DNA of 64,000 nucleotides, from NCBI GenBank assembly GCA_964585095.1, contig CAZPCN010000004.1, positions 9,415-73,414 on the forward strand, given 5' to 3'. Source of the stretch: an uncultured Syntrophaceae bacterium (GTDB lineage Bacteria > Desulfobacterota > Syntrophia > Syntrophales > UBA2192). The notes below the pieces were generated by a model that saw nothing but the letters and a program-made list of their open reading frames with translations, had not been told where the DNA came from and searched no databases. The translations under genes and the position numbers were made by a program. Shown one piece after another: positions 1 to 9,785 of the stretch (position 1 is its first letter; every line of letters begins with the position of its first letter).

Positions 1-1
1 G

Positions 2-649
<648 letters not shown>

Positions 650-661
650 GAGGCTGAGACC

Positions 662-1003
662 ATGAAATACATCATTGCCATCATCAAACCGCACAAGCTC
701 GACGACGTGATGAAAGCGCTCGAAGAGGTCGACGTGAACCTGATGACCGTCTCCAACGTACTCGGCAGGGGCCGGCAGATGGGAGTGACGGAAGTCTACC
801 GGGGCGCGAAGGAAGCAGGGAGCCTTCTCAAGAAGGTGAAGCTCGAGATCGCCGTCAACGAGGATTTCGTGGAACCCACCATCCAGGCCATTACCCGGAG
901 CGCGCGGACCGGGGAGATCGGCGACGGGAAGATCTTCGTCCTGGACCTCCCGGACGTCATCCGGATCCGCACGTCGGAGCGGGGCGGACCGGCGATCGGG
1001 TAA
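662..1003 (+). CDS. glnK: Nitrogen regulatory protein P-II
   Basis: 112-aa product beginning [16 protein letters not shown]. It has the P-II T-loop region (GRGRQ...YRGA) and a GDGKIFV motif. It is adjacent to amtB. Confidence 0.9.
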   Translation: MKYIIAIIKPHKLDDVMKALEEVDVNLMTVSNVLGRGRQMGVTEVYRGAKEAGSLLKKVKLEIAVNEDFVEPTIQAITRSARTGEIGDGKIFVLDLPDVIRIRTSERGGPAIG

Positions 1004-1009
1004 ACCGAC

Positions 1010-1078
1010 GGGAAACGGGATTCGGGCATCGGGTTTCGGGAAGAAGGGCACGCCTTCCCGATTCCCGGTGCCCGGGCG
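1010..1078. repeat. Period-7 GGG-N4 array (6 G-tracts) followed by a complementary CCC-N4 arm; hairpin or G-quadruplex-type element just after the glnK stop
   Basis: GGGAAAC GGGATTC GGGCATC GGGTTTC GGGAAGA AGGGCAC, then CCTTCCCGATTCCCGGTGCCCGGG. It belongs to the same family as the arrays at 28391, 35792 and 38412. Confidence 0.6.
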
Positions 1079-1244
1079 AAGGGATGCGGAGCCACGCCGC
1101 TCCGGCCCGTCGCAGCGCGCGGCGGACGATTTTGTCTGCTCCCGGGGCCGGTACTACATTTTTGTGAGGTTTCCCTTCCTCCGAGACTCCTGCCCGAGTC
1201 CTCTTTTCCCACTCATATCGAGCCCTTGTAAAATTTCATGTCAC

Positions 1245-1260
1245 TGGCACCCCTCTTGCT
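1245..1260 (+). promoter_or_regulatory. Sigma-54 (-24/-12) promoter candidate
   Basis: TGGCAC-CCCTC-TTGCT matches the TGGCAC-N5-TTGCW consensus exactly. It lies about 180 nt upstream of the next + strand ORF. Confidence 0.55.
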
Positions 1261-1438
1261 CCATGCCACTGCGGGCACCAGCCCCGGGGGCGGCTCGTGG
1301 TGCGGGCACCCGGAGGTCTGACGCGACAGGGACGGGCGACCCCTGTTTAGCCGCTCCAGGATCCCGCACCCCACAAAGGGCTGTGTTAACGGCTCCGTTG
1401 CGTGTATAGAGAGGACGGGGTCGAAAGAGAGGAAGGCC

Positions 1439-1972
1439 ATGGTGAAGGCGATTGTCACGGGCGTAAGCAGCAAGATGGGGGCCAGGCTGATGCAGTTCGT
1501 GCACGAGACGGACGGCATCGAGCTGGTCGGGGCCGTGGATGCCAGGGGAAGCCGCCATATCGCGCACGATGCAGGCGAAATCAACCAGCTGGGATTCTTC
1601 GGCGTGTCCGTCGTGGGAGATCTCCGGGACTGCATCCGGAACAGTTGCGTGGTCATCGACTTCACGGACAAGGAATCGTCCCTTGCCCATCTGAGAATCG
1701 CCGCCGAATTCAAGACCTCCATGGTCATGGGAACCATGGGGTTCATGCTCGACGAGATGGAACGCATCCGGGAATTGACGAAAAAGACGCGCTGCGTCCT
1801 CGTGCCGAACGTGAGCCCGGCGCTCTTCAGCGAAATGGGCGCCGGGGTGGAACTGATCTACCGTTCTTTCATCCGGGACACCTTCGCCCGCGAGGCCATC
1901 GCCGCGGCAAAGTGGATCGTGAAGCAGAAGAACGGGCTGTACGACATGCAGGACGTCCTCGGCCTGAAATGA
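1439..1972 (+). CDS. DapB (4-hydroxy-tetrahydrodipicolinate reductase)-like protein lacking the central substrate-binding domain
   Basis: The N-terminus resembles the DapB Rossmann part (MVKAIVTGVSSKMGARL...VVIDFT). The C-terminus carries the DapB-typical GLYDMQDVLGL tail. It is only 177 aa, and the HHxxKxDAPSGTA region is absent. RBS GAGAGGAAGG lies upstream. Confidence 0.6.
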   Translation: MVKAIVTGVSSKMGARLMQFVHETDGIELVGAVDARGSRHIAHDAGEINQLGFFGVSVVGDLRDCIRNSCVVIDFTDKESSLAHLRIAAEFKTSMVMGTMGFMLDEMERIRELTKKTRCVLVPNVSPALFSEMGAGVELIYRSFIRDTFAREAIAAAKWIVKQKNGLYDMQDVLGLK

Positions 1973-2955
1973 GCGGGTTGTCAGCCGCGCGACGCCTGTT
2001 CGGGCAGTCTTGACGGAACGAGATCGAGCGGGTTTCTCGACGCATTCGTCAAATCCCTGAATGCGTGGGCATTGTCCATGGTTGTTCTCACCTCTTCATG
2101 ACCCTGTCGTTTCCGAACCTCCCGGATGTTGACCCTTTCAAGAGCAGATGGTGGGCAGGCAGCCGCCTTACCTCATCCACGGAATACACGAAGGGCTGTT
2201 TCCGTTCCCGTGTGGCGCGTATCGTGCCGCCGAGACCACCCGTATCTTTTCCGAACACATGGCGAAAAAGAACAGGACGGCGTCAATGCCTCGTTCCGAG
2301 ATCCCCAAGAACGTCGGAAACCCTTTCCATTCCGGCGCTGTCCGAATTGTTTGGGACGTTCCGTTTACCGAGTCTGCACCGCTGCGCGCAGGCAAGCCCC
2401 CGCTGTCTCCATCGTTGAACTCGCATTGAACCCGATTCAGCACGTGAAGAGCTTTTTCCAAAAGATGGCGCAATGTTCACGATGCCGGGAGGCGCCGCAA
2501 GGGGTAAAGGCAAGAATACTGAAGCTGCCGAGGCGTTCCCCGCACGTTTCTTGCTTCCGGCAGTCTGGGGCAGCGGTTTGTGGCGCTACCGCGGACCTCG
2601 CGCGTGGGGGGGGTTGCTCGACACTCGGTGTCAACCGAGCCATGCTCGGCAGGATCCGGCCGTTATAAGGCGCCTTGGAGCTGACTTCCGTGAAGATGCA
2701 CCATCCATCACCGAGAACGATCTCATCACTGCGCCCGCCATGGCTCCCGTGATTTTGCATAGCCCGTTTTCAAACGCCGCGCGATCGATGCGCCGTCGGT
2801 GTTGGAAGCCTGGTACGGGTTAATCCTGACAGGTCGTGTTGAGCATATTTGGAGCACTCGTGAAGGCAATCAAGGCATAACAGATCCATGCAGCGGACGT
2901 CATGCAGTCGCCGCCGATTTTATCGTTCTGTCCCTTGGACATGGAGAAGGATCCT

Positions 2956-3339
2956 ATGAAAAAGAAAACTGTCGTGAACACGCTGATCATGAGTTCCATT
3001 CTTTCAATGTTGTACCTTTTTATGGGGCATGGCTTTGTCGAATTCTATTTTGGTGGGAAAAAAGAGATACTCCAAACTGCGGCCCTTATCAATAATCTAT
3101 GCAATGCGAATGGTTCTTGTCCTGTCAGGATCGAAAGCTGGGAAGGTGAAAACGGAAGGCTGAGAAAGGGTCGAATACTGTACATGACGACTCCGGTTCC
3201 GGGAAGAGAGAATAAGGAAGAAGACCTCAACCCCCAATCATTCAGACTGATTTATGTGATGACCTTCCCTCCAGATGACTGGTTCGAGGTCCAGGGCGGT
3301 GTTGGCAAGAACGTCACTTCCGGTTGGACGGGTCGCTAA
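2956..3339 (+). CDS. Hypothetical small membrane or secreted protein (orphan, low G+C)
   Basis: ATG preceded by GGAGAAGG. The N-terminal hydrophobic segment is MKKKTVVNTLIMSSILSMLYLFM. Composition is visibly more AT-rich than the neighbours. No family recognised. Confidence 0.4.
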   Translation: MKKKTVVNTLIMSSILSMLYLFMGHGFVEFYFGGKKEILQTAALINNLCNANGSCPVRIESWEGENGRLRKGRILYMTTPVPGRENKEEDLNPQSFRLIYVMTFPPDDWFEVQGGVGKNVTSGWTGR

Positions 3340-3599
3340 GACGGTTTTGAAACCCGCTAAATCCAAGGCTCGGCATGATCGGAGATGCAAAAGAAAGAGC
3401 GGCATGCAGCAAACGGCGATCGGAAAGAGGTCTCCCACGAAAAAGAAGACGAGATCTTCACGCGGACAGCCGCCGGCGACACCAAAAGCAACCTTCGAAT
3501 GCAGAGACCGAAAGAGGTGATGAGACGGAAATGGCGGAGCGGAAAGCTCTGGCAAATTGGAACCCGAGCCGGTAGGATGCTTCGTCATGGAGGTGCGAC

Positions 3600-5069
3600 G
3601 TGCCCGTCCTGTCCAAACAGCCCCTCATTTACGAGATCAACACCTGGGTCTGGCTCGAGGTATTGAGCCGCAAGCACGGCAGGCGTGTGACGCTGTCAGA
3701 CGTTCCGCCCGCCGAATGGTCAGCCATCGCATCCCTGGGCTTTGATGCCGTCTGGCTCATGGGAGTCTGGCGGAGAAGCCCGGCGGGAACGAGGCTGGCC
3801 CGAAACCTACCGCCCCTTCTCGAGGAATGCCGCACGATCCTCCCCGATTTCACCCCCGCCGACATCCAGGGTTCGCCCTACTGCATCCGGGACTACACGG
3901 TGGACGAGCGCCTCGGGGGCCCCGGCGCCCTTGCCGAGGCGCGCGCGGCCCTGGCCCGTTGCGGGCTCGGCCTGATCCTGGATTTCGTGCCGAACCACGT
4001 GGCGCAGGACCACGACTGGATCCTCGAACACCCCGAGTTCTTCCTCCGCGGAGATGCGGCGGACTTGATCCGGGCACCGCGGGAGTTCTTCCAGTCGGGA
4101 GGGCGGGTCTTCGCCTGCGGCCGGGACCCCAACTACCCGCCCTGGCAGGACGTGGCCCAGCTGAACGTCTTCCACCCCGGGCTCCGCGAGGCCGCCGCCG
4201 GGACGTTGATCGGCATTGCCGATCAGTGCGACGGGGTGCGCTGCGACATGTCCATCCTGCTCATCAACCGGATCTTCCGACAGACGTGGGGCCAACGGGC
4301 CGGGAGGGAACCGCAGGACGAATACTGGGTGGAGATCATCCGGGCTGTCCGGAAACGCTGCCCCGGCTTCATCTTCATCGCCGAGGCCTACTGGGACCTC
4401 GAACGGGAACTCCAGCAGCAGGGGTTCGACTACTGCTACGACAAACGGCTCTACGACCGCCTCCTCCACGACTCGGCCGAAGCGGTCCGGCTTCACCTGT
4501 CCGGAGACCCGGACGACCAGCACAAGCGTCTTCGCTTCATCGAAAATCACGACGAGCCGCGTGCGGCATCGGCATTCGACCCCCCGAAAGGCTTCGCAGC
4601 CGCCGTCGTCATGACAACGCTGCCGGGTGCACGGCTGTTTCACGGCGGGCAGCTCGAGGGGCGCAGGCTGAAGCTGCCGGTGCAGCTCGGCCGGCAGCCC
4701 GACGAAGCGCCTGACCCCGCCGTGCAGGCCTTCTACGACAGGCTCCTCCACGCCGTCCGGGATGCACGGTTCCGCGAAGGGGACTGGTCCCTCTGCGAAA
4801 TCTACGGCTGGCCCGACAACGAAAGCTTCCGCCGCCTCGTTGCGTGGCAATGGGCCCGCTCCGACAGGCACCACCTGGTCGTCGTCAATCTCGCGGACAC
4901 TGCATCTCAAGGACGGGTCCGGATGCCCGGCCTTTCGCTCGACGGTCGGATCTGGCGGCTGGCGGATCTGATGTCGGGGGATGTCTTCGAACGAGACGGC
5001 GGCGAGATGACGGATCCGGGGCTGTTTGTGGACCTGCCGCCGTGGGGATATCACTTCTTCGAATTCTGA
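3600..5069 (+). CDS. Alpha-amylase family (GH13-like) glycoside hydrolase
   Basis: 489-aa ORF with a GTG start after GGAGGTG. GH13-like blocks are present (GFDAVWLMGVW, LILDFVPNH, GVRCDM, FIAEAYWD, FIENHDEPR). Confidence 0.8.
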   Translation: MPVLSKQPLIYEINTWVWLEVLSRKHGRRVTLSDVPPAEWSAIASLGFDAVWLMGVWRRSPAGTRLARNLPPLLEECRTILPDFTPADIQGSPYCIRDYTVDERLGGPGALAEARAALARCGLGLILDFVPNHVAQDHDWILEHPEFFLRGDAADLIRAPREFFQSGGRVFACGRDPNYPPWQDVAQLNVFHPGLREAAAGTLIGIADQCDGVRCDMSILLINRIFRQTWGQRAGREPQDEYWVEIIRAVRKRCPGFIFIAEAYWDLERELQQQGFDYCYDKRLYDRLLHDSAEAVRLHLSGDPDDQHKRLRFIENHDEPRAASAFDPPKGFAAAVVMTTLPGARLFHGGQLEGRRLKLPVQLGRQPDEAPDPAVQAFYDRLLHAVRDARFREGDWSLCEIYGWPDNESFRRLVAWQWARSDRHHLVVVNLADTASQGRVRMPGLSLDGRIWRLADLMSGDVFERDGGEMTDPGLFVDLPPWGYHFFEF

Positions 5070-5168
5070 AAAAAATCCCCCTCTTTGCCGCCCTAACTCG
5101 CGTTGCGGGGCGGCCCGGCAGGCAAAGAACCGGACATGGCTGCGCACCCTGACGGGATGCGCTCCCGG

Positions 5169-5200
5169 TCCCCCTTTGGAAAGGGGAATGAAGGGGAATT
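5169..5200. repeat. GC-rich palindromic REP-like element (CCCCCTTTGGAAAGGGG type)
   Basis: GTCCCCCTTTGGAAAGGGGAATGAAGGGGAATT lies in the convergent gap between the amylase gene and hisF. Related copies are at 35613-35726. Confidence 0.5.
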
Positions 5201-5224
5201 TGCCTGCCTTGTGGCTTGAGGCTC

Positions 5225-6004
5225 CTACCAGATCTCGCGGACCTTCACGGCGTTGCCGGAAAGGTACTCCTTCAGGTCTGCAATGGTGTACGTACCGAAG
5301 TGCACGATGGAGGCGATGAGCGCCGCGTCGGCCTTCGCCTTCGTGAGGACGTCCAGCAGGTCCTCTTTCCGGCCCGCCCCGCCCGACGCGATGACGGGGA
5401 TGTTCACCTGCGTCGCGACCCTGTGCGTGAGTTCCAGCTCGTAACCGTCGAGGGTCCCGTCGGCGTCGATGGAGTTGAGGCAGATCTCCCCCGCCCCGAG
5501 ATTCTCCGCTTCCTTCGCCCACCAGAGGGCATCGATCCCCATGGTCTTCCGGCCGCCCTGGATGACGATCTCGTAGCCCGAGGGGATCTTCGCGCTCCGC
5601 TCGACCTTCTTCACGTCCATCCCCAGGACGACGCACTGGCTCCCGAACGCCACGGCGCCCTCGGTGATGATCTTCGGGTTCTCCACGGCGCCGGAGTTGA
5701 CGCTGACCTTCTCCGCACCGGCCAGGATGACTTTGCGCATGTCCTCGAGGGTGCGGATGCCCCCACCCACCGAGAAGGGGATGAAGATCGTCTCGGCAAC
5801 GCGTTTCACCACGTCGATCATGATGTCGCGGCCCTCCGACGAGGCGGTGATGTCGTAGAAGACGATCTCGTCGGCCCCCTGCTCGTAGTACTGCCGCGCC
5901 ACCTCCACGGGGTCTCCGATGTCGACGTTGCCCTTGAACTTGACCCCCTTGGTGAGCTTTCCGTCCCTCACGTCGAGGCAGGGAATGATCCGCTTACTGA
6001 GCAT
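5225..6004 (-). CDS. hisF: Imidazole glycerol phosphate synthase, cyclase subunit
   Basis: The translation [23 protein letters not shown]...GGGIRT...ASGGAG is a typical HisF. The long 5' extension in the ORF track is not HisF-like. An alternative start is at 6013. Confidence 0.92.
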   Translation of the reverse strand: MLSKRIIPCLDVRDGKLTKGVKFKGNVDIGDPVEVARQYYEQGADEIVFYDITASSEGRDIMIDVVKRVAETIFIPFSVGGGIRTLEDMRKVILAGAEKVSVNSGAVENPKIITEGAVAFGSQCVVLGMDVKKVERSAKIPSGYEIVIQGGRKTMGIDALWWAKEAENLGAGEICLNSIDADGTLDGYELELTHRVATQVNIPVIASGGAGRKEDLLDVLTKAKADAALIASIVHFGTYTIADLKEYLSGNAVKVREIW

Positions 6005-6632
6005 GGCTGCCATCCCAGCGGCTGAAGTTTTCGAGGATCTTGAGGCCGAATCTCCCGCTCTTCTCGGGGTGGAACTGGACCGCCACGAGATTTTTCCGCG
6101 CCACGGCGGAGGCGAAGCGGATGCCGTACTCCGTCTCGCCCGCCACGTCCGCCCCGTTCGACGGGGCCGGGTAGTAGGAGTGCACGAAGTAGAACTCGGC
6201 ATTGTCCGGCAGCCCGGCAAAAACGGGGTGAGCGCCCCGGAACGAAACGCGGTTCCAGCCCATGTGGGGAATCTTGAGGGGATCGCCGGCCTCCCGCATG
6301 CCTGCGGGAAAGCGCCTGACACCGCCGGGGATGATCCCCAGGCACTCGGTCCGGTTGTCCTCTTCGCTGTACTCGAAGATGACCTGCGTGCCCAGGCAGA
6401 TGCCCAGCAGCGGCTTGCCCGAGTCGAACACCTCCCGGATGCATCCCGCCAGCCCCGTTTCGCGGAGATTGCGCATCGCCTCGCCCGCGGCCCCGACGCC
6501 GGGGAAAATGACCCGCTCGGCACGCCGCAGTTCGTCGCCGCGGTCCGTGACGACACAGGGGACATTCAGATGCTGGAGGGCGCGCGCAACGCTCGTCAGG
6601 TTGCCCGCCCGATAATCGACGATGGCGATCAT
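5994..6632 (-). CDS. hisH: Imidazole glycerol phosphate synthase, glutamine amidotransferase subunit
   Basis: [15 protein letters not shown]...GICLGTQ...HSYY...QFHPEKS shows the class I GATase Cys-His-Glu signature. Its stop overlaps the hisF start. Confidence 0.92.
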   Translation of the reverse strand: MIAIVDYRAGNLTSVARALQHLNVPCVVTDRGDELRRAERVIFPGVGAAGEAMRNLRETGLAGCIREVFDSGKPLLGICLGTQVIFEYSEEDNRTECLGIIPGGVRRFPAGMREAGDPLKIPHMGWNRVSFRGAHPVFAGLPDNAEFYFVHSYYPAPSNGADVAGETEYGIRFASAVARKNLVAVQFHPEKSGRFGLKILENFSRWDGSHAQ

Positions 6633-6724
6633 GGTCTTCTCGATCCCGGGTGATGAAGATGAGGGACTATAGCGTAGACGGTCCGGAAAATCAATGCACG
6701 CGGGCATTATGGGGCAAAAAAACC

Positions 6725-6753
6725 TTGACCCGCCCTTGCCCGGGGGATAGAAT
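6725..6753 (+). promoter_or_regulatory. Sigma-70-like promoter candidate
   Basis: TTGACC-N17-TAGAAT, about 175 nt upstream of the 74-aa ORF. Confidence 0.45.
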
Positions 6754-6929
6754 TTGTAACGGGGATTTACTCCTCTCCACGCGTCGCGCAGCCCGTTCGA
6801 AGCGCCCGCAGCCCCTGTTCCCTTCGCGTTTCCCCCTTCCTGCGCCCGATCCCCGCGGTCACCGGTCCCCGAGGCGTAACGATCCCGTAACCCCCGTTTC
6901 AACGACCAGCCCTGAAAGGAGGTCCGGCC

Positions 6930-7154
6930 ATGCTGCAGAATCACGACTACAACCTGCTCGAGACGATCACGATCATCGCCCGGAGCGTCTACCGGTACGA
7001 CACCTACATGAAGGACCTGGACAAGGTGAAGTGCGAGTCCTGCCGGAAGCTGTGGCAGGAGTTCCACGAGCAGCGGCAGAAGGAGCTGGCCATGCTGCTC
7101 AAGGAGCTGCGCTCCCACGTCGAAGGCGGGATGATGACGATCGAGAAGACCTGA
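6930..7154 (+). CDS. Small hypothetical protein (74 aa, helical, CxxC)
   Basis: A good RBS (GAAAGGAGG) precedes the ATG. Codon usage resembles the neighbours. It contains KCESCRKLW. No family recognised. Confidence 0.5.
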   Translation: MLQNHDYNLLETITIIARSVYRYDTYMKDLDKVKCESCRKLWQEFHEQRQKELAMLLKELRSHVEGGMMTIEKT

Positions 7155-7232
7155 GGGTAGGCGGCGGGGGATGGCGAGGTTCATCCCGGACAGCGTTGCG
7201 CAGGCCCCGGTGAGCTCAGAGGCGGGGCTGCG

Positions 7233-8303
7233 TCACGAATCCGAGAGTTCGCGGATCTTGTCCACGTCCTCCTTCCGGGCCACCAGGGTCCGGTTCCCCG
7301 AGCGGACGACGATGAGGCCGTCTACGCCGATCAGGGCCACCGTCTCGCCGGGCGACTCGGAGAACACGAGGTTGCCCGAAGCGTCGATCGCCTTGAGCGA
7401 TCCCCTGACGGCGTTCCCGCATGAATCCCGGGCGAGAAGGTCGCCAAGGGCGGGCCAGCCGCCCACGTCGCTCCAGGAAAACCGGGAGGACACGCACCGC
7501 AGGGGCGTCCGCGTCTTCTCCATCACGCCGTAGTCGATGGAAATGGGGCGGATGGCCGAGAAGGCCTTCTCGAGGGCTTCCTGCCACCGGGGCGTCCCGT
7601 CGTAGCCGCCCAGGGACCGCAGGGCATCGTAATGGCCGGGCAGCCAGGTTCGGATCTCCCCCAGGATGGGCGCGGCCTTCCAGACGAACATGCCCGAGTT
7701 CCACAGGAAGCGGCCCGAGTCCACGTACCGCCTCGCCGTCTCGAGGTCGGGCTTCTCCCGAAACTGCCTGAGCTCGAAATGTTCGATCCCGCCGTCGTCC
7801 ACGACGGCCGCGCCGGTCTCCAGGTAACCGTAGGCGGTGGCCGGGTACGTGGGCCTGATCCCGAAGGTGTAGAAGACATCGGCGGCGGCGACCTGCCGGG
7901 CAGCCGACAGCAGGTTCTGCTGGAAGAGATCCGTCGGCTCGATCAGGTGATCGGCCGCGAGGGTCAGGATGACGCTGTCGCCGAACCGTTCACGCACCAG
8001 GACGGCAGCGAGCGCGACGGCGGCCGCCGTGTCCCGGCGGATGGGCTCGCCGACGACATGGCCGTCGGGCAGCTCCGGAAGCTGTTCGCGGACCAGGGAA
8101 ACGTGGGCGGCATTGGTGAGGACCAGGACCCGCTCGGGGGAAACGAGCCCCTGCAGCCGGTCGAAACTCATCTGCAGGAGGCTTCGCTCTCCGAAGAGCG
8201 TGACGAACTGCTTGGGCCTCGCGGGTGTGGAAAGCGGCCAGAACCGCGTCCCCATGCCGCCGGCCATGATGACGGCCACAAGATTCTTCTCGACTGCGGA
8301 CAT
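7233..8303 (-). CDS. Mannose-1-phosphate guanylyltransferase (nucleotidyltransferase part of ManC/CpsB)
   Basis: The N-terminus VAVIMAGGMGTRFWPLS...PKQF is the sugar-nucleotidyltransferase signature. The 356-aa product has no cupin tail. Confidence 0.85.
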   Translation of the reverse strand: MSAVEKNLVAVIMAGGMGTRFWPLSTPARPKQFVTLFGERSLLQMSFDRLQGLVSPERVLVLTNAAHVSLVREQLPELPDGHVVGEPIRRDTAAAVALAAVLVRERFGDSVILTLAADHLIEPTDLFQQNLLSAARQVAAADVFYTFGIRPTYPATAYGYLETGAAVVDDGGIEHFELRQFREKPDLETARRYVDSGRFLWNSGMFVWKAAPILGEIRTWLPGHYDALRSLGGYDGTPRWQEALEKAFSAIRPISIDYGVMEKTRTPLRCVSSRFSWSDVGGWPALGDLLARDSCGNAVRGSLKAIDASGNLVFSESPGETVALIGVDGLIVVRSGNRTLVARKEDVDKIRELSDS

Positions 8304-8337
8304 TCAGCCTCCCGCCCCTTCCGCCCAGGGGCTCGTC

Positions 8338-8688
8338 TCAAGCGCGGCCGAAATCGTCCTCGACCCGCTCGATGTCGTTTTCATCGAAGGAGTCCCCGGT
8401 CTGGATCTCCACGATCACCAGGTCCGCCTTCCCCGCATTCAGGACCCGGTGGAACGCACCCCGGGGGATGTCGACGGACTGCCCTCTCAGCAGGGTGAAT
8501 TCCCTCCCGTCCACGGTCATCCGCGCCTCCCCGGACACGATCGTCCAGTGCTCGTCCCGGTGCCGGTGCCTCTGCAGGCTCAGCCGCTTTTCGGGGTACA
8601 CGACGATCCGCTTGAGCTTGTGCTGCGCGTCCTCCATCAGGACGCTGAAATATCCCCAGGGACGTTCTTCCCTCAACACTGGGGCCAT
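8338..8688 (-). CDS. Cupin domain protein, type II phosphomannose isomerase-like (ManC C-terminal domain as a separate gene)
   Basis: RPWGYF...LSLQRHRHRDEHWTIVSGEA...IPRGAFHRVLN is the PMI type II cupin pattern. It lies directly upstream of the guanylyltransferase gene. Confidence 0.75.
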   Translation of the reverse strand: MAPVLREERPWGYFSVLMEDAQHKLKRIVVYPEKRLSLQRHRHRDEHWTIVSGEARMTVDGREFTLLRGQSVDIPRGAFHRVLNAGKADLVIVEIQTGDSFDENDIERVEDDFGRA

Positions 8689-8795
8689 GATGGCTCACCC
8701 TCCCGGTTTCGTGCACCGACCGGCCGCTACGGATCGAGGCACGGCGCGACGGTAACACATTTCCGATCGCGGCACCACCCCTTTCGACCGGCCGC

Positions 8796-9527
8796 TCAGC
8801 CTCCGGCCTTCCCGAGGTTCCCTTCCACAAATGCCCAGTTCACCAGCCTGTCGAGGGAGGCTTCCACGAAGTCCTTCCTGCGGTTCTGGTAGTCGAGATA
8901 GTACGCGTGCTCCCAGACATCGATCGTCAGCAGCGGCCGCAGCCCCTGCGTGATCGGGTTCTCGGCGTTCGGGGTCTTCAGGACCCGCAGGGCCCTGCCG
9001 TCCGCTACGAGCCACGCCCAACCGCTCCCGAACTGCCCCAGGGCCGCCGCGAGGAATTCCTTCCGGAACTTCTCATAGCTCCCGAAAGCCCTTTCGATAG
9101 CCTTGCCGATTTCGCCCGCCGGCTTTCCGCCTCCCCCCGGCTTCATGCCGTTCCAGTAGAACGTGTGGTTCCACACCTGGGCCGCGTTGTTGAACACGGC
9201 CGCCTGCGCCGGGCTCGATGCGGTGGCCCGGATCGCATCCTCGAGGCTCATCTTCTCGTAGGGCGTTCCCCTCACGAGGCCGTTGAGGTTGTCGAGGTAG
9301 CCCCGGTGGTGCTTCCCGTAGTGGAACCCGATGGTCCCGGATGAGATGACCGGGGCCAGGGCATCCTGCGCGTAGGGCAGCGGAGGCAGTTCGAAGGGCC
9401 CCTTCGTCTGCGCGGATGCGTCCGTGGACAGCCCTGCGGGGGCCAAGGCCAGCAGGGTGCATCCCGCCAGGGACGCCTTCATGAACTCACGCCGCGTAAA
9501 ACCGCTTGCGACGACCCGATCTTCCAT
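8796..9527 (-). CDS. Fe/Mn-family superoxide dismutase with twin-arginine signal peptide
   Basis: [12 protein letters not shown]...ASAQ is followed by [24 protein letters not shown] and [15 protein letters not shown] (SOD signature). The long upstream extension in the ORF track was rejected. Confidence 0.88.
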   Translation of the reverse strand: MEDRVVASGFTRREFMKASLAGCTLLALAPAGLSTDASAQTKGPFELPPLPYAQDALAPVISSGTIGFHYGKHHRGYLDNLNGLVRGTPYEKMSLEDAIRATASSPAQAAVFNNAAQVWNHTFYWNGMKPGGGGKPAGEIGKAIERAFGSYEKFRKEFLAAALGQFGSGWAWLVADGRALRVLKTPNAENPITQGLRPLLTIDVWEHAYYLDYQNRRKDFVEASLDRLVNWAFVEGNLGKAGG

Positions 9528-9785
9528 GACGCTTCTCCTTTTCGGTTCATTCCACGCGCCGGTCCGGCCCGCCGGCGTCCATGTCTCCATGCTAACAAAA
9601 TCGGCAGGGAAAGAACAGAACCGCCCTTCGCTCTTGTGGCCGCCGCACTCCCGGGCGTTGCGCGGAAATGATTTGCAGCTTCCCCGATGTTTCGTTATAG
9701 TCGCCCGGGCTGCGGTCACCCGCGGTCCCCGTGACGGGTTCCATGCAACCCCTCTACGTTTGACGGTGTCCGCAGCGGAACGCCC

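Noticed and set aside
2126-2760. ORFs of 100-180 aa on both strands in the low-density island (2126-2668 plus strand; 2168-2473 and 2437-2760 minus strand)
   Set aside because: The translations are Arg/Cys/Pro-rich or lack any recognisable motif, there is no RBS, and the frames mutually overlap. They could be pseudogene debris, but I cannot support a call.
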